DNA of 64,000 nt from the human T2T-CHM13v2.0 reference genome, Homo sapiens, in NCBI RefSeq assembly GCF_009914755.1, contig NC_060948.1. One strand, given 5' to 3'. This document shows positions 26,461 to 42,400 of this stretch, piece after piece. The notes below the pieces were generated by a model. That model searched no databases, was not told where the DNA came from, and was given only the letters and a program-made list of their open reading frames with translations. The first letter of the stretch is position 1. The number at the start of each line of letters is the position of its first letter. The position numbers and the translations under genes were made by a program.

Positions 26461-29400
26461 CAGGAATGGAAGGAAGTAGAATAGACGGTAATGGAATGGA
26501 CTCGAATAGAATGGACACGAATGCTCAAATTGAATGGACTCGAATGGAATGGAAACGAAAGGAATGTCGTCGAATGGAATTGAATCGATTGGAATGAAAT
26601 CGCATAGAATGGAGTGGAATCAAATGGAATTGAATCGAAAGGAAAGGAAGCGAATGGTCTGAAATGAAATGGAATGGAATTGAATGGAAAGTAATGCAAG
26701 GGAATAGAATGGAACGAAATTTCACGGAATGGAATCAAACTGAATGGAATCAAATCAATGGAATATAATCAAATGGCATGGAAAGGAATTGAATGGAGTA
26801 GATTGGATTGGATGGGATTGGAATGAAATGTACTGGAAAGGACTCGAATTTCATGAAATGGAATGGAATGAACTGGAACGGAATGGACTCGAATGGATTG
26901 GAATGTCATGGAATGGCATCAAATGGAATGGCATCAAATGGAATGGAATCGAATGCAATGGAATGCTATGGAATGGAATGGAATGCATTGGAATGGAATG
27001 TCCCCTAATGGAATGGATTCGAGTGGAATGGAATCGAATATAATGGAGTCGAATGAAATGGAATTGAAAGGAAAGGGATCGAATACAATGGAATATACTG
27101 GAATGTAATGTAATGAACTCGAATGTAATTGACTAGAATGGAATGTACATGAATGGAATGTAATCGAATGGAAAATAATCTCATGGAATAGAATCTAATG
27201 CAATAAAATCGACTCAAATAGAATAGAATGGAATGGAATGGAGTGCAGTGCAATGGAATGGAATGGAATGGAATGCAATGGAATGGAATGGAATGGGATG
27301 GAATGGTATGGGATGGATAGAAATGGACTGGAGTGAAATGGACTGGAAAGTAATGGACTCAAATTGAAAGAGCTCGAAAGAATGGAGTCAAATGGAATGG
27401 TCTGGAATGGAATGAACACGAATGTAATGCAATCCAATAGAATGGAATCGAATGGCATGGAATATAAAGAAATGGAATCGAAGAGAATGGAAACGAATGG
27501 AATGGAATTGAATGGAATGGAATTGAATGGAATGGGAACGAATGGAGTGAAATTGTATGCAGTAGAAGAGAATAGAATGGAATGCAAGCGAAATTAAAGG
27601 AATGGATTGGAATGGAATGGAATTCATTGGAATGGAAGGGAATGTATTGCAATGGACAGGCCTTTAATAAAGTGGAATGCTACGGTCTCGAATGGAATAA
27701 AAATGTATGGAATGGAATTCAATGAAACGGAATCGAATGTCATAGAATGTAATGGAATGCAAAAAAATGGAATCCAAAATCATTGACTGGAAAGGCTGGG
27801 TGTCGAAAGGAATTGACTCCAATGGAATGAAATCGAATGGAATGGAAGTGAATAGAATCGAAGTAAATCGAATGGAATGGAATTGTTAGGAACGGAATGG
27901 AAAGGAGTGCAATGATTTGGCATGGAACGGAATCGAATGGCATTGAATGGAGTGGAATGGAATGCAATGGAATGGAATGTATTAGAATGTAATGAACATT
28001 AATGGAATGTACTCGAATGGATTCGACTGGAATGGAATGTTCTGGAAGTGAATGGACTCCAATGGAATGGATTCGAAAGGAATGGAATCTAATGGAATGG
28101 AATTAAATGGAAACGAATCAAATTGAATAGCACGGAATTGAATTGAATGGTATCAAATGCAATGGAATCTAATGAAATGGAAATGAAAGGAATGGAATGG
28201 ATTGGAATGGGCTGGAGTTGAATGGAATCGATACGAATGGAATGGAATAGAACTGAAGAGACTGGAATGGAATTCACTGGAATGGAAGGGAGTGTAATGG
28301 AAGGATCTCGAAAAAAATGGAATCGAATGGAATGGAATTGAATGGAATGGAATAGAGTCGAATGGAATTCAATGGAATTGAATGGACTAGAGTGAAATGG
28401 AATCGAACCACAAGGAATGGAGAGGAATAGAATGGTCTCGAATTGAATGGAATCGTATGGAATGACATCAAACGGAATGGAATGGACAGCCACGGAATGG
28501 AATGCACTCGAATGCAATGGAGTCGAAACTAATGGACTGGAATAGAATGGACTCGACTGGTACGGACTCCAATGGAATGGAATCGAAAGGAAGGGAATCG
28601 AACGGAATGGACTCGAAGGGAAAAGACTGCAATGGAAAGGTCTCGAATGGAATGGAAATTAATGGAATGGAATGGAATCGAATGAAATGGAGTCAAAAGG
28701 AATGGAATCGAATGGCAAGAAATCGAATGTAATGGAATCGCAAGGAATTGATGTGAACGGAACGGAATGGAATGGAATCCAAAGGAATGGAATAGAATGG
28801 AATGGAATCGAATGGAAAGGACTCGAATGGAAATCACTCGAATAGAATGCAATTTAATAAAATAGGATCAAATGGAATGGAATGGAATGGAAAGGAATCG
28901 AAACGAAAGGAATGGAGACAGATGGAATGGAATGGAACAGAGAGCAATGGTATAGAATGGAATGGAATCATCTGGAATGGAATTGAATGGAATGGAATAA
29001 CATGAAATGGAATGGAATGGAATGGAATGCCCTTGAATTAAATGGACTGGAATGGAATGGACTCGAACAGAGTGTAATGGAAAGTGTTGAAATAGAATGG
29101 AATGGACTCCTTTGGAATGGTCTAGTATGCAATGCAATCGACTGGCAGGGAATCAAAAGGAATGTAATGGAATGGATTGGACTGGAATGCAATGGACTCG
29201 AATAGATTGGAAACGGAATGCAAAGGAATGGAATGGAATAGTATGGAATGGAATGGAAAGGAATGGAGTGGAATAGACTAGAGTGGAATGGAATGGACTG
29301 GAAAGCAATGGACTGGAATGGAACTTTCTTGAATGGACTGGAATCAAACGGAATGGAATGCAATGCAATCAAATGGCATGGAATAAAATGGAATGAAAGG

Positions 29401-32400
29401 GAATCAAATGGAATTGAATCGAATGGAATCGAATGGATTGGAAAGGAATAGAATGGAATGGAATGGAATTGACTCAAATGGAATGGACTAGAATGGAATG
29501 GATTCGAATGGAAGGCAAAGGAATGGAATCTATTGGAATGGACTGTAATGGAATGGAATGGAAGGGATTGGAATGGACTCGAATGGAATGGACTGCAATA
29601 GAAAGGATTCGAATGGAATGAAAAAGAATTGAATGGAATAGAACAGAATGGAATCAAATCGAATGAAATGGAATGGAATAGAAAGGAATGGAATGAAATG
29701 GAATGGAAAGGATTCGAATGGAATGCAATCGAATGGAATGGAATCGAACGGAATGGAATAAAATGGAAGAAAACTGGCAAGAAATGGAATCGAAATGAAT
29801 GGAGTGTTATGGAACGGACTCAAAAGGAATTGAATGTAATAGAATGGAGTGGAGTGGACTCGAATATAATGGACTGGAATGGAATGAAATCACATGGAAT
29901 GGGAACGAATGGAATGGAATGGAAAGGAATGGAATCGAATGGAAAGGAATCGAATGGAAGGGAATGAAATTGAATCAACAGGAATGGAAGGAAGTAGAAT
30001 AGACGGTAATGGAATGGATTCGAATAGAATGGACACGAATGCTCAAATTGAATGGACTCGAATGGAATGGAAACGAAAGGAATGTCGTCGAATGGAATTG
30101 AATCGATTGGAATGAAATCGCATAGAATGGAGTGGAATCAAATGGAATTGAATCGAAAGGAAAGGAAGCGAATGGTCTGAAATGAAATGGAATGGAATTG
30201 AATGGAAAGTAATGCAAGGGAATAGAATGGAACGAAATTTCACGGAATGGAATCAAACTGAATGGAATCAAATCAATGGAATATAATCAAATGGCATGGA
30301 AAGGAATTGAATGGAGTAGATTGGATTGGATGGGATTGGAATGAAATGTACTGGAAAGGACTCGAATTTCATGAAATGGAATGGAATGAACTGGAACGGA
30401 ATGGACTCGAATGGATTGGAATGTCATGGAATGGCATCAAATGGAATGGCATCAAATGGAATGGAATCGAATGCAATGGAATGCTATGGAATGGAATGGA
30501 CTGCATTGGAATGGAATGTCCCCTAATGGAATGGATTCGAGTGGAATGGAATCGAATATAATGGAGTCGAATGAAATGGAATTGAAAGGAAAGGGATCGA
30601 ATACAATGGAATATACTGGAATGTAATGTAATGAACTCGAATGTAATTGACTAGAATGGAATGTACATGAATGGAATGTAATCGAATGGAAAATAATCTC
30701 ATGGAATAGAATCTAATGCAATAAAATCGACTCAAATAGAATAGAATGGAATGGAATGGAGTGCAGTGCAATGGAATGGAATGGAATGGAATGCAATGGA
30801 ATGGAATGGAATGGGATGGAATGGTATGGGATGGATAGAAATGGACTGGAGTGAAATGGACTGAAAAGTAATGGACTCAAATTGAAAGAGCTCGAAAGAA
30901 TGGAGTCAAATGGAATGGTCTGGAATGGAATGAACACGAATGTAATGCAATCCAATAGAATGGAATCGAATGGCATGGAATATAAAGAAATGGAATCGAA
31001 GAGAATGGAAACGAATGGAATGGAATTGAATGGAATGGAATTGAATGGAATGGGAACGAATGGAGTGAAATTGTATGCAGTAGAAGAGAATAGAATGGAA
31101 TGCAAGCGAAATTAAAGGAATGGATTGGAATGGAATGGAATTCATTGGAATGGAAGGGAATGTATTGCAATGGACAGGCCTTTAATAAAGTGGAATGCTA
31201 CGGTCTCGAATGGAATAAAAATGTATGGAATGGAATTCAATGAAACGGAATCGAATGTCATAGAATGTAATGGAATGCAAAAAAATGGAATCCAAAATCA
31301 TTGACTGGAAAGGCTGGGTGTCGAAAGGAATTGACTCCAATGGAATGAAATCGAATGGAATGGAAGTGAATAGAATCGAAGTAAATCGAATGGAATGGAA
31401 TTGTTAGGAACGGAATGGAAAGGAGTGCAATGATTTGGCATGGAACGGAATCGAATGGCATTGAATGGAGTGGAATGGAATGCAATGGAATGGAATGTAT
31501 TAGAATGTAATGAACATTAATGGAATGTACTCGAATGGATTCGACTGGAATGGAATGTTCTGGAAGTGAATGGACTCCAATGGAATGGATTCGAAAGGAA
31601 TGGAATCTAATGGAATGGAATTAAATGGAAACGAATCAAATTGAATAGCACGGAATTGAATTGAATGGAATCGAATGCAATGGAATCTAATGAAATGGAA
31701 ATGAAAGGAATGGAATGGATTGGAATGGGCTGGAGTTGAATGGAATCGATACGAATGGAATGGAATAGAACTGAAGAGACTGGAATGGAATTCACTGGAA
31801 TGGAAGGGAGTGTAATGGAAGGATCTCGAAAAAAATGGAATCGAATGGAATGGAATTGAATGGAACGGAATAGAGTCGAATGGAATTCAATGGAATTGAA
31901 TGGACTAGAGTGAAATGGAATCGAACCACAAGGAATGGAGAGGAATAGAATGGTCTCGAATTGAATGGAATCGTATGGAATGACATCAAACGGAATGGAA
32001 TGGACAGCCACGGAATGGAATGCACTCGAATGCAATGGAGTCGAAACTAATGGACTGGAATAGAATGGACTCGACTGGTACGGACTCCAATGGAATGGAA
32101 TCGAAAGGAAGGGAATCGAACGGAATGGACTCGAAGGGAAAAGACTGCAATGGAAAGGTCTCGAATGGAATGGAAATTAATGGAATGGAATGGAATCGAA
32201 TGAAATGGAGTCAAAAGGAATGGAATCGAATGGCAAGAAATCGAATGTAATGGAATCGCAAGGAATTGATGTGAACGGAACGGAATGGAATGGAATCCAA
32301 AGGAATGGAATAGAATGGAATGGAATCGAATGGAAAGGACTCGAATGGAAATCACTCGAATAGAATGCAATTTAATAAAATAGGATCAAATGTAATGGAA

Positions 32401-33495
32401 TGGAATGGAAAGGAATCGAAACGAAAGGAATGGAGACAGATGGAATGGAATGGAACAGAGAGCAATGGTATAGAATGGAATGGAATCATCTGGAATGGAA
32501 TTGAATGGAATGGAATAACATGAAATGGAATGGAATGGAATGGAATGCCCTTGAATTAAATGGACTGGAATGGAATGGACTCGAACAGAGTGTAATGGAA
32601 AGTGTTGAAATAGAATGGAATGGACTCCTTTGGAATGGTCTAGTATGCAATGCAATCGACTGGCAGGGAATCAAAAGGAATGTAATGGAATGGATTGGAC
32701 TGGAATGCAATGGACTCGAATAGATTGGAAACGGAATGCAAAGGAATGGAATGGAATAGTATGGAATGGAATGGAAAGGAATGGAGTGGAATAGACTAGA
32801 GTGGAATGGAATGGACTGGAAAGCAATGGACTGGAATGGAACTTTCTTGAATGGACTGGAATCAAACGGAATGGAATGCAATGCAATCAAATGGCATGGA
32901 ATAAAATGGAATGAAAGGGAATCAAATGGAATTGAATCGAATGGAATCGAATGGATTGGAAAGGAATAGAATGGAATGGAATGGAATTGACTCAAATGGA
33001 ATGGACTAGAATGGAATGGATTCGAATGGAAGGCAAAGGAATGGAATCTATTGGAATGGACTGTAATGGAATGGAATGGAAGGGATTGGAATGGACTCGA
33101 ATGGAATGGACTGCAATAGAAAGGATTCGAATGGAATGAAAAAGAATTGAATGGAATAGAACAGAATGGAATCAAATCGAATGAAATGGAATGGAATAGA
33201 AAGGAATGGAATGAAATGGAATGGAAAGGATTCGAATGGAATGCAATCGAATGGAATGGAATCGAACGGAATGGAATAAAATGGAAGAAAACTGGCAAGA
33301 AATGGAATCGAAATGAATGGAGTGTTATGGAACGGACTCAAAAGGAATTGAATGTAATAGAATGGAGTGGAGTGGACTCGAATATAATGGACTGGAATGG
33401 AATGAAATCACATGGAATGGGAACGAATGGAATGGAATGGAAAGGAATGGAATCGAATGGAAAGGAATCGAATGGAAGGGAATGAAATTGAATCA
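26460..33495 (+). repeat. Two near-identical copies (3518 bp period) of a divergent subtype-C unit
   Basis: Private variants each occur exactly twice, 3518 bp apart: gtcgtcg (~26566/30084), tcccctaa (27001/30519), aataatctcatgg (~27174/30692), aattaaagg (~27592/31110), gcctttaata (~27660/31178), ttgttagg (~27883/31401), gaacattaa (~27994/31512), ggatctcg (~28303/31821), aataacatg (~28996/32514). Confidence 0.9.
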
Positions 33496-36400
33496 ACAGG
33501 AATGGAAGGGAATAGAATAGACGGTAATGGAATGGACTCGAATAGAATGGACACGAATGCTCAAATTGAATGGACTCGAATGGAATGGAAACGAAAGGAA
33601 TGTCATCGAATGGAATTGAATCGATTGGAATGAAATCGCATAGAATGGAGTGGAATCAAATGGAATTGAATCGAAAGGAAAGGAAGCGAATGGACTGAAA
33701 TGAAATGGAATGGAATTGAATGGAAAGTAATGCAATGGAATAGAATGGAACGAAATTTCACGGAATGGAATGAAACTGAATGGAATCAAATCAATGGAAT
33801 CTAATCAAGTGGAATGGAAAGGAATTGAATGGAGTAGATTGGATTGGATGGGATTGGAATGAAATGTACTGGAAAGGACTCGAGTTTCATGAAACGGAAT
33901 GGAATGAATTGGAACGGAATGGACTCGAATGGAATGGAATGTCATGGAATGGCATCAAATGGAATGGCATCAAATGGAATGGAATCGAATGCAATGGAAT
34001 GCTATGGAATGGAATGGAATGCATTGGAATGGAATGTCCTCTAATGGAATGGATTCGAGTGGAATGGAATCGAATATAATGGAGTCGAATGAAATGGAAT
34101 TGAAAGGAATGGGATCGAATACAATGGAATATACTGGAATGTAATGTAATGAACTCGAATGTAATTGACTGGAATGGAATGTACATGAATGGAATGTAAT
34201 CGAATGGAAAGTAATCCAATGGAATAGAATCTAATGCAATAAAATCGACTCAGATAGAGTAGAATGTAATGGAATTGAGTGCAGTGCAATGGAATGGAAT
34301 GGAATGGAATGCAATGGAATGGAATGGAATGGAAAGGAATGGAATGGAATGGGATGGAATGGTATGGAATGGATAGTAATGGACTGGAGTGAAATGGACT
34401 GGAAATGAATGGACTCAAATTGAAAGGGCTCGAAAGGAATGGAGTCAAATGGAATGGTCTGGAATGGAATGAACACGAATGTAATGCAATCCAATAGAAT
34501 GGAATCGAATGGCATGGAATATAAAGAAATGGAATCGAAGAGAATGGAAACAAATGGAATGGAATTGAATGGAATGGAATTGAATGGAATGGGAACGAAT
34601 GGAGTGAAATTGTATGCAGTAGAAGAGAATAGAATGGAATGCAAGCGAAAGGAAAGGAATGGATTGGAATGGAATGGAATTCATTGGAATGGAAGGGAAT
34701 GTAGTGTAATGGACAGGCCTGGAATAAAGTGGAATGCTACGGTCTCGAATGGAATAAAAATGTATGGAATGGAATGCAATGAAACGGAATCGAATGTCAT
34801 AGAATGTAATGGAATGCAAAAAAATGGAATCCAAAATCATTGACTGGAAAGGCTGGATGTCGAAAGGAATTGACTCCAATGGAATGGAATCGAATGGAAT
34901 GGAAGTGAATAGAATCGAACTAAATCGAATGGAATGGAATTGATAGGAACGGAATGGAAAGGAATGCAATGATTTGGCATGGAATGGAAACGAATGGTAT
35001 CTAATGGAATGGAATGTAATGTAATGGAATGGAATGTATTAGAATGTAATGAACTTTAATGGAATGTACTCGAATGGATTCGACTGGAATGGAATGTTCT
35101 GGAAGTGAATGGACTCCAATTGAATGGATTCAAACGGAATGGAATCGTACGGAATGGAATCTAATGGAATGGAATTAAATGGAAATGAATCAAATTGAAT
35201 AGCACGGAATTGAATTGAATGGAATGGAATGCAATGGAATCTAATGAAACGGAAAGGAAAGGAATGGAATGGAATGGAATGGGCTGGAATGGAAAGGAAT
35301 CGAAACGAATGGAATGGAATCGAACTGAAGAGACTGGAATGGAATGCACTGGAATGGAAGGGAGTGTAATGGAAGGTTCTCGAAAAAAATGGAATCGAAT
35401 GGAATGGAATTGAATGGAACGGAATAGAGTCGAATGGAATTGAATGGAATGGAATGGACTAGAGTGAAATGGAATCGAACCACAAGGAATGGACAGGAAT
35501 AGAATGGTCTCGAATTGAATGGAATCGTATGGAATGGCATCAAACGGAATGGAATGGACAGCCACGGAATGGAATGCACTCGAATGCAATGGAGTCGAAA
35601 CTAATGGACTGGAATAGAATGGACTCGACTGGTACGGACTCCAATGGAATGGAATCGAATGGAAGGGAATCGAACGGAATGGACTCGAAGGGAAAAGACT
35701 GCAATGGAAAGGTCTCGAATGGAATGGAAATTAATGGAATGGAATGGAATCGAATGAAATGGAGTCAAAAGGAATGGAATCGAATGGCAAGAAATCGAAT
35801 GTAATGGAATCGCAAGGAATTGATGTGAACGGAACGGAATGGAATGGAATCCAAAGGAATGGAATAGAATGGAATGGAATCGAATGGAAAGGACTCGAAT
35901 GGAAATCACTCGAATAGAATGCAATTTAATAAAATAGGATCAAATGTAATGGAATGGAATGGAAAGGAATCGAAACGAAAGGAATGGAGACAGATGGAAT
36001 GGAATGGAACAGAGAGCAATGGTATAGAATGGAATGGAATCATCTGGAATGGAATTGAATGGAATGGAATAATATGAAATGGAATGGAATGGAATGGAAT
36101 GGAATGCCCTTGAATTAAATGGACTGGAATGGAATGGACTCGAACAGAGTGGAATGGAAAGTGTTGAGATAGAATGGAATGGACTCCTTCGGAATGGTGT
36201 AGTATGCAATGCAATCGACTGGCAGGGAATCAAAAGGAATGTAATCGAATGGATTGGACTGGAATGCAATGGACTCGAATAGATTGGAAACGGAATGCAA
36301 AGGAATGGAATGGAATAGTATGGAATGGAATGGAAAGGAATGGAGTGGAATAGACTAGAGTGGAATGGAATGGACTGGAAAGCAATGGACTGGAATGGAA

Positions 36401-39400
36401 CTTTCTTGAATGGACTGGAATCAAACGGAATGGAATGCAATGCAATCAAATGGCATAGAATAAGATAGAATGAAAGAGAATCAAATGGAATTGAATGGAA
36501 TGGAATCGAATGGATTGGAAAGGAATAGAATGGAATGGAATGGAATTGACTCAAATGGAATGGACTAGAATGGAATGGATTCGAATGGAAGGCAAAGGAA
36601 TGGAATCTATTGGAATGGACTGTAATGGAATGCAATGGAAGGGATTGGAATGGACTCGAATGGAATGGACTGCAATAGAAAGGATTCGAATGGAATGAAA
36701 AAGAATTGAATGGAATAGAACAGAATGGAATCAAATCGAATGAAATGGAATGGAATAGAAAGGAATGGAATGAAATGGAATGGAAAGGATTCGAATGGAA
36801 TGCAAACGAATGGAATGGAATCGAACGGAATGGAATAAAATGGAAGAAAACTGGCAAGAAATGGAATTGAAATGAATGGAGTGTTATGGAAGGGACTCAA
36901 AAGGAATTGAATGTAATAGAATGGAGTGGAGTGGACTCGAATATAATGGACTGGAATGGAATGAAATCACATGGAATGGGAACGAATGGAATGGAATGGA
37001 AAGGAATGGAATCGAATGGAAAGGAATCGAATGGAAGGGAATGAAATTTAACCAACAGGAATGGAACGGAATAGAATAGACCGTAATGGAATGGACTCGA
37101 ATAGAATGGACACTAATGCTCAAATTGAATGGACTCGAATGGAATGGAAACGAAAGGAATGTCATCGAATGGAATTGAATCGATTGGAATGAAATCGCAT
37201 AGAATGGAGTGGAATCAAATGGAATTGAATCGAAAGGAAAGGAAGCGAATGGACTGAAATGAAATGGAATGGAATTGAATGGAAAGTAATGCAATGGAAT
37301 AGAATGGAACGAAATTTCACGGAATGGAATCAAACTGAATGGAATCAAATCAATGGAATCAAATCAAATGGAATGGAAAGGAATTGAATGGAGTAGATTG
37401 GATTGGATGGGATTGGAATGAAATGTACTGGAAAGGACTCGAATTTCATGAAACGGAATGGAATGAATTGGAACGGAATGGACTCGAATGGAATGGAATG
37501 TCATGGAATGGCATCAAATGGAATGGCATCAAATGGAATGGAATCGAATGCAATGGAATGCTATGGAATGGAATGGAATGCATTGGAATGGAATGTCCTC
37601 TAATGGAATGGATTCGAGTGGAATGGAATCGAATATAATGGAGTCGAATGAAATGGAATTGAAAAGAATGGGATCGAATACAATGGAATATACTGGAATG
37701 TAATGTAATGAACTCGAATGTAATTGACTGGAATGGAATGTATATGAATGGAATGTAATCGAATGGAAAGTAATCCAATGGAATAGAATCTAATGCAATA
37801 AAATCGACTCAGATAGAGTAGAATGTAATGGAATGGAGTGCAGTGCAATGGAATGGAATGGAATGGAATGCAATGGAATGGAATGGAATGGAATGGAATG
37901 GGATGGAATGGTATGGAATGGATAGTAATGGACTGGAGTGAAATGGACTCAAATTGAAAGGGCTCGAAAGGAATGGAGACAAATGGAATGGTCTGGAATG
38001 GAATGAACACGAATGTAATGCATTCCAATAGAATAGAGTCGAATGGCATGGAATATAAAGAAATGGAATCGAAGAGAATAGAAACAAATGGAATGGAATT
38101 GAATGGAATGGAATTGAATGGAATGGGAACGAATGGAGTGAAATTGTATGCAGTAGAAGAGAATAGAATGGAATGCAAGCGAAAGGAAAGTAATGGATTG
38201 GAATGGAATGGAATTCATTGGAATGGAAGGGAATGTAGTGTAATGGACAGGCCTGGAATAAAGTGGAAAGCTACGGTCTCGAGTGGAATAAAAATGTATG
38301 GATTGGAATGCAATGAAACGGAATCGAATGTCATAGAATGTAATGGAATGCAAAAAAATGGAATCCGAAATCATTGACTGGAAAGGCTGGGTGTCGAAAG
38401 GAATTGACTCCAATGGAATGGAATCGAATGGAATGGAAGTGAATAGAATCGAACTAAATCGAATGGAATGGAATTGATAGGAACGGAATGGAAAGGAATG
38501 CAATGATTTGGCATGGAATGGAATCGAATGGCATCGAATGGAATGGAATGGAATGCAATGGAATGGAATGTATTAGAATGTAATGAACTTTAATGGAATG
38601 TACTCGAAAGGATTTGACTGGAATGGAATGATCTGGAAGTGAATGGACTCCAATGGAATGGATTCGAAAGGAATGGAATCGTACGGAATGGAATCTAATG
38701 GAATGGAATTAAATGGAAATGAATCAAATTGAATAGCACGGAATTGAATTGAATGGAATGGAATGCAATGGAATCTAATGAAACGGAAAGGAAAGGAATG
38801 CAATGGAATGGAATGGGCTGGAATGGAAAGGAATCGAAACGAATGGAATGGAATCGAACTGAAGAGACTGGAATGGAATGCACTGGAATGGAAGGGAGTG
38901 TAATGGAAGGTTCTCGAAAAAAATGGAATCGAATGGAATGGAATTGAGTGGAACGGAATAGAGTCGAATGGAATTGAATGGAATGGAATGGACTAGAGTG
39001 AAATGGAATCGAACCACAAGGAATGGACAGGAATAGAATGGTCTCGAATTGAATGGAATCGTATGGAATGGCATCAAACGGAATGGAATGGACAGCCACG
39101 GAATGGAATGCACTCGAATGCAATGGAGTCGAAACTAATGGACTGGAATAGAATGGACTCGACTGGTACGGACTCCAATGGAATGGAATCGAATGGAAGG
39201 GAATCGAACGGAATGGACTCGAAGGGAAAAGACTGCAATGGAACGGTCTCGAATGGAATGGAAATTAATGGAATGGAATGGAATCGAATGAAATGGAGTC
39301 AAAAGGAATGGAATCGAATGGCAAGAAATCGAATGTAATGGAATCGCAAGGAATTGATATGAACGGAACGGAATGGAATGGAATCCAAAGGAATGGAATA

Positions 39401-42400
39401 GAATGGAATGGAATCGAATGGAAAGGACTCGAATGGAAATCACTCGAATAGAATGCAATTTAATAAAATAGGATCAAATGTAATGGAATGGAATGGAAAG
39501 GAATCGAAACGAAAGGAATGGAGACAGATGGAATGGAATGGAACAGATAGCAATGGTATACAATGGAATGGAATCATCTGGAATGGAATTGAATGGAATG
39601 GAATAATATGAAATGGAATGGAATGGAATGGAATGGAATGCCCTTGAATTAAATGGACTGGACTCGAACAGAGTGGAATGGAAAGTGTTGAGATAGAATG
39701 GAATGGACTCCTTTGGAATGGTCTAGTATGCAATGCAATCGACTGGCAGGGAATCAAAAGGAATGTAATGGAATGGATTGGACTGGAATGCAATGGACTC
39801 GAATAGATTGGAAACGGAATGCAAAGGAATGGAATGGAATAGTATGGAATGGAATGGAAAGGAATGGAGTGGAATAGACTAGAGTGGAATGGAATGGACT
39901 GGAAAGCAATGGACTGGAATGAAACTTTCTTGAATGGACTGGAATCAAACGGAATGGAATGCAATGCAATCAAATGGCATGGAATAAGATAGAATGAAAG
40001 AGAATCAAATGGAATTGAATCGAATGGAATCGAATGGATTGGAAAGGAATAGAATGGAATGGAATGGAATTGACTCAAATGGAATGGACTAGAATGGAAT
40101 GGATTCGAATGGAAGGCAAAGGAATGGAATCTATTGGAATGGACTGTAATGGAATGGAATGGAAGGGATTGGAATGGACTCGAATGGAATGGACTGTAAT
40201 AGAAAGGATTCGAATGGAATGAAAAAGAATTGAATGGAATAGAACAGAATGGAATCAAATCGAATGAAATGGAATGGAATAGAAAGGAATGGAATGAAAT
40301 GGAATGGAAAGGATTCGAATGGAATGCAATCGAATGGAATGGAATCGAACGGAATGGAATAAAATGGAAGAAAACTGGCAAGAAATGGAATCGAAATGAA
40401 TGGAGTGTTATGGAACGGACTCAAAAGGAATTGAATGTAATAGAATGGAGTGGAGTGGACTCGAATATAATGGACTGGAATGGAATGAAATCACATGGAA
40501 TGGGAACGAATGGAATGGAATGGAAAGGAATGGAATCGAATGGAAAGGAATCGAACGGAAGGGAATGAAATTGAATCAACAGGAATGGAAGGGAATAGAA
40601 TAGACTGTAATGGAATGGACACGAATAGAATGGACACGAATGCTCAAATTGAATGGACTCGAATGGAATGGAAAGGAAAGGAAAGTCATCGAATGGAATT
40701 GAATCGATTGGAATGAAATCGCATAGAATGGAGTGGAATCAAATGGAATTGAATCGAAAGGAAAGGAAGCGAATGGACTGAAATGAAATGGAATGGAATT
40801 GAATGGAAAGTAATGCAATGGAATAGAATGGAACGAAATTTCACGGAATGGAATCAAACTGAATGGAATCAAATCAATGGAATCTAATCAAATTGAATGG
40901 AAAGGAATTGAATTTAGTATATTGGATTGGATGGGATTGGAATGAAATGTACTGGAAAGGACTCGAATTTCATGAAACGGAATGGAATGAATTGGAACGG
41001 AATGGACTCGAATGGAATGGAATGACATGGAATGGCATCAAATGGAATGGCATCAAATGGAATGGAATCGAATACAATGGAATGCTATGGAATGGAATGG
41101 AATGCATTGGAATGGAATGTCCTCTAATGGAATGGATTCGAGTGGAATGGAATCGAATATAATGGAGTCGAATGAAATGGAATTGAAAGGAATGGGATCG
41201 AATAGAATGGAATATACTGGAATGTAATGTAATGAACTCGAATGTAATTGACTGGAATGGAATGTACATGAATGGAATGTAATCGAATATAAAGTAATCC
41301 AATGGAATAGAATCTAATGCAATAAAATCGACTCAGATAGAGTAGAATGTAATGGAATGGAGTGCAGTGCAATGGAATGGAATGGAATGGAATGCAATGG
41401 AATGGAATGGAATGGAATGGAATGGAATGGGATGGAATGGGGTGGAATGGTATGGAATGGATAGTAATGGACTGGAGTGAAATGGACTGGAAAGGAATGG
41501 ACTCAAATTGAAAGGGCTCGAAAGGAATGGAGACAAATGAAATGGTCTGGAATGGAATGAACACGAATGTAATGCAATCCAATAGAATGGAGTCGAATGG
41601 CATGGAATATAAAGAAATGGAATCGAAGAGAATGGAAACAAATGGAATGGAATTGAATGGAATGGAATTGAATGGAATGGGAACGAATGGAGTGAAATTG
41701 TATGCAGTAGAAGAGAATAGAATGGAATGCAAGCGAAAGGAAAGGAATGGATTGGAATGGAATGGAATTCATTGGAATGGAAGGGAATGTAGTGTAATGG
41801 ACAGGCCTGGAATAAAGTGGAATGCTACGGTCTCGAATAGAATAAAAATGTATGGAATGGAATGCAATGAAACGGAATCTAATGTCATAGAATGTAATGG
41901 AATGCAAAAAAATGGAATCCAAAATCATTGACTGGAAAGGCTGGGTGTCGAAAGGAATTGACTCCAATGGAATGGAATCGAATGGAATGGAAGTGAATAG
42001 AATCGAACTAAATCGAATGGAATGGAATTGATAGGAACGGAATGGAAAGGAATGCAAGGATTTGGCATGGAATGGAATCGAATGGCATCGAATGGAATGG
42101 AATGGAATGCAATGGAATGGAATGTATTAGAATGTAATGAACTTTAATGGAATGTACTCGAATGGATTCGACTGGAATGGAATGTTCTGGAAGTGAATGG
42201 TCTCCAATGGAATGGATTCAAAAGGAATGGAATCGTACGGAATGGAATCTAATGGAATGGAATTAAATGGAAATGAATCAAATTGAATAGCACGGAATTG
42301 AATTGAATGGAATCGAATGCAATGGAATCTAATGAAACGGAAAGGAAAGGAATGGAATGGAATGGAATGGGCTGGAATGGAAAGGAATCGAAACGAATGG

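Noticed and set aside
33797-33807. GAATCTAATCA in several B units, one mismatch from a DUX4-type TAATCTAATCA motif
   Set aside because: The mismatch is in the TAAT core, and near-matches are expected in this base composition. DUX4 satellite binding is established mainly for HSat2.
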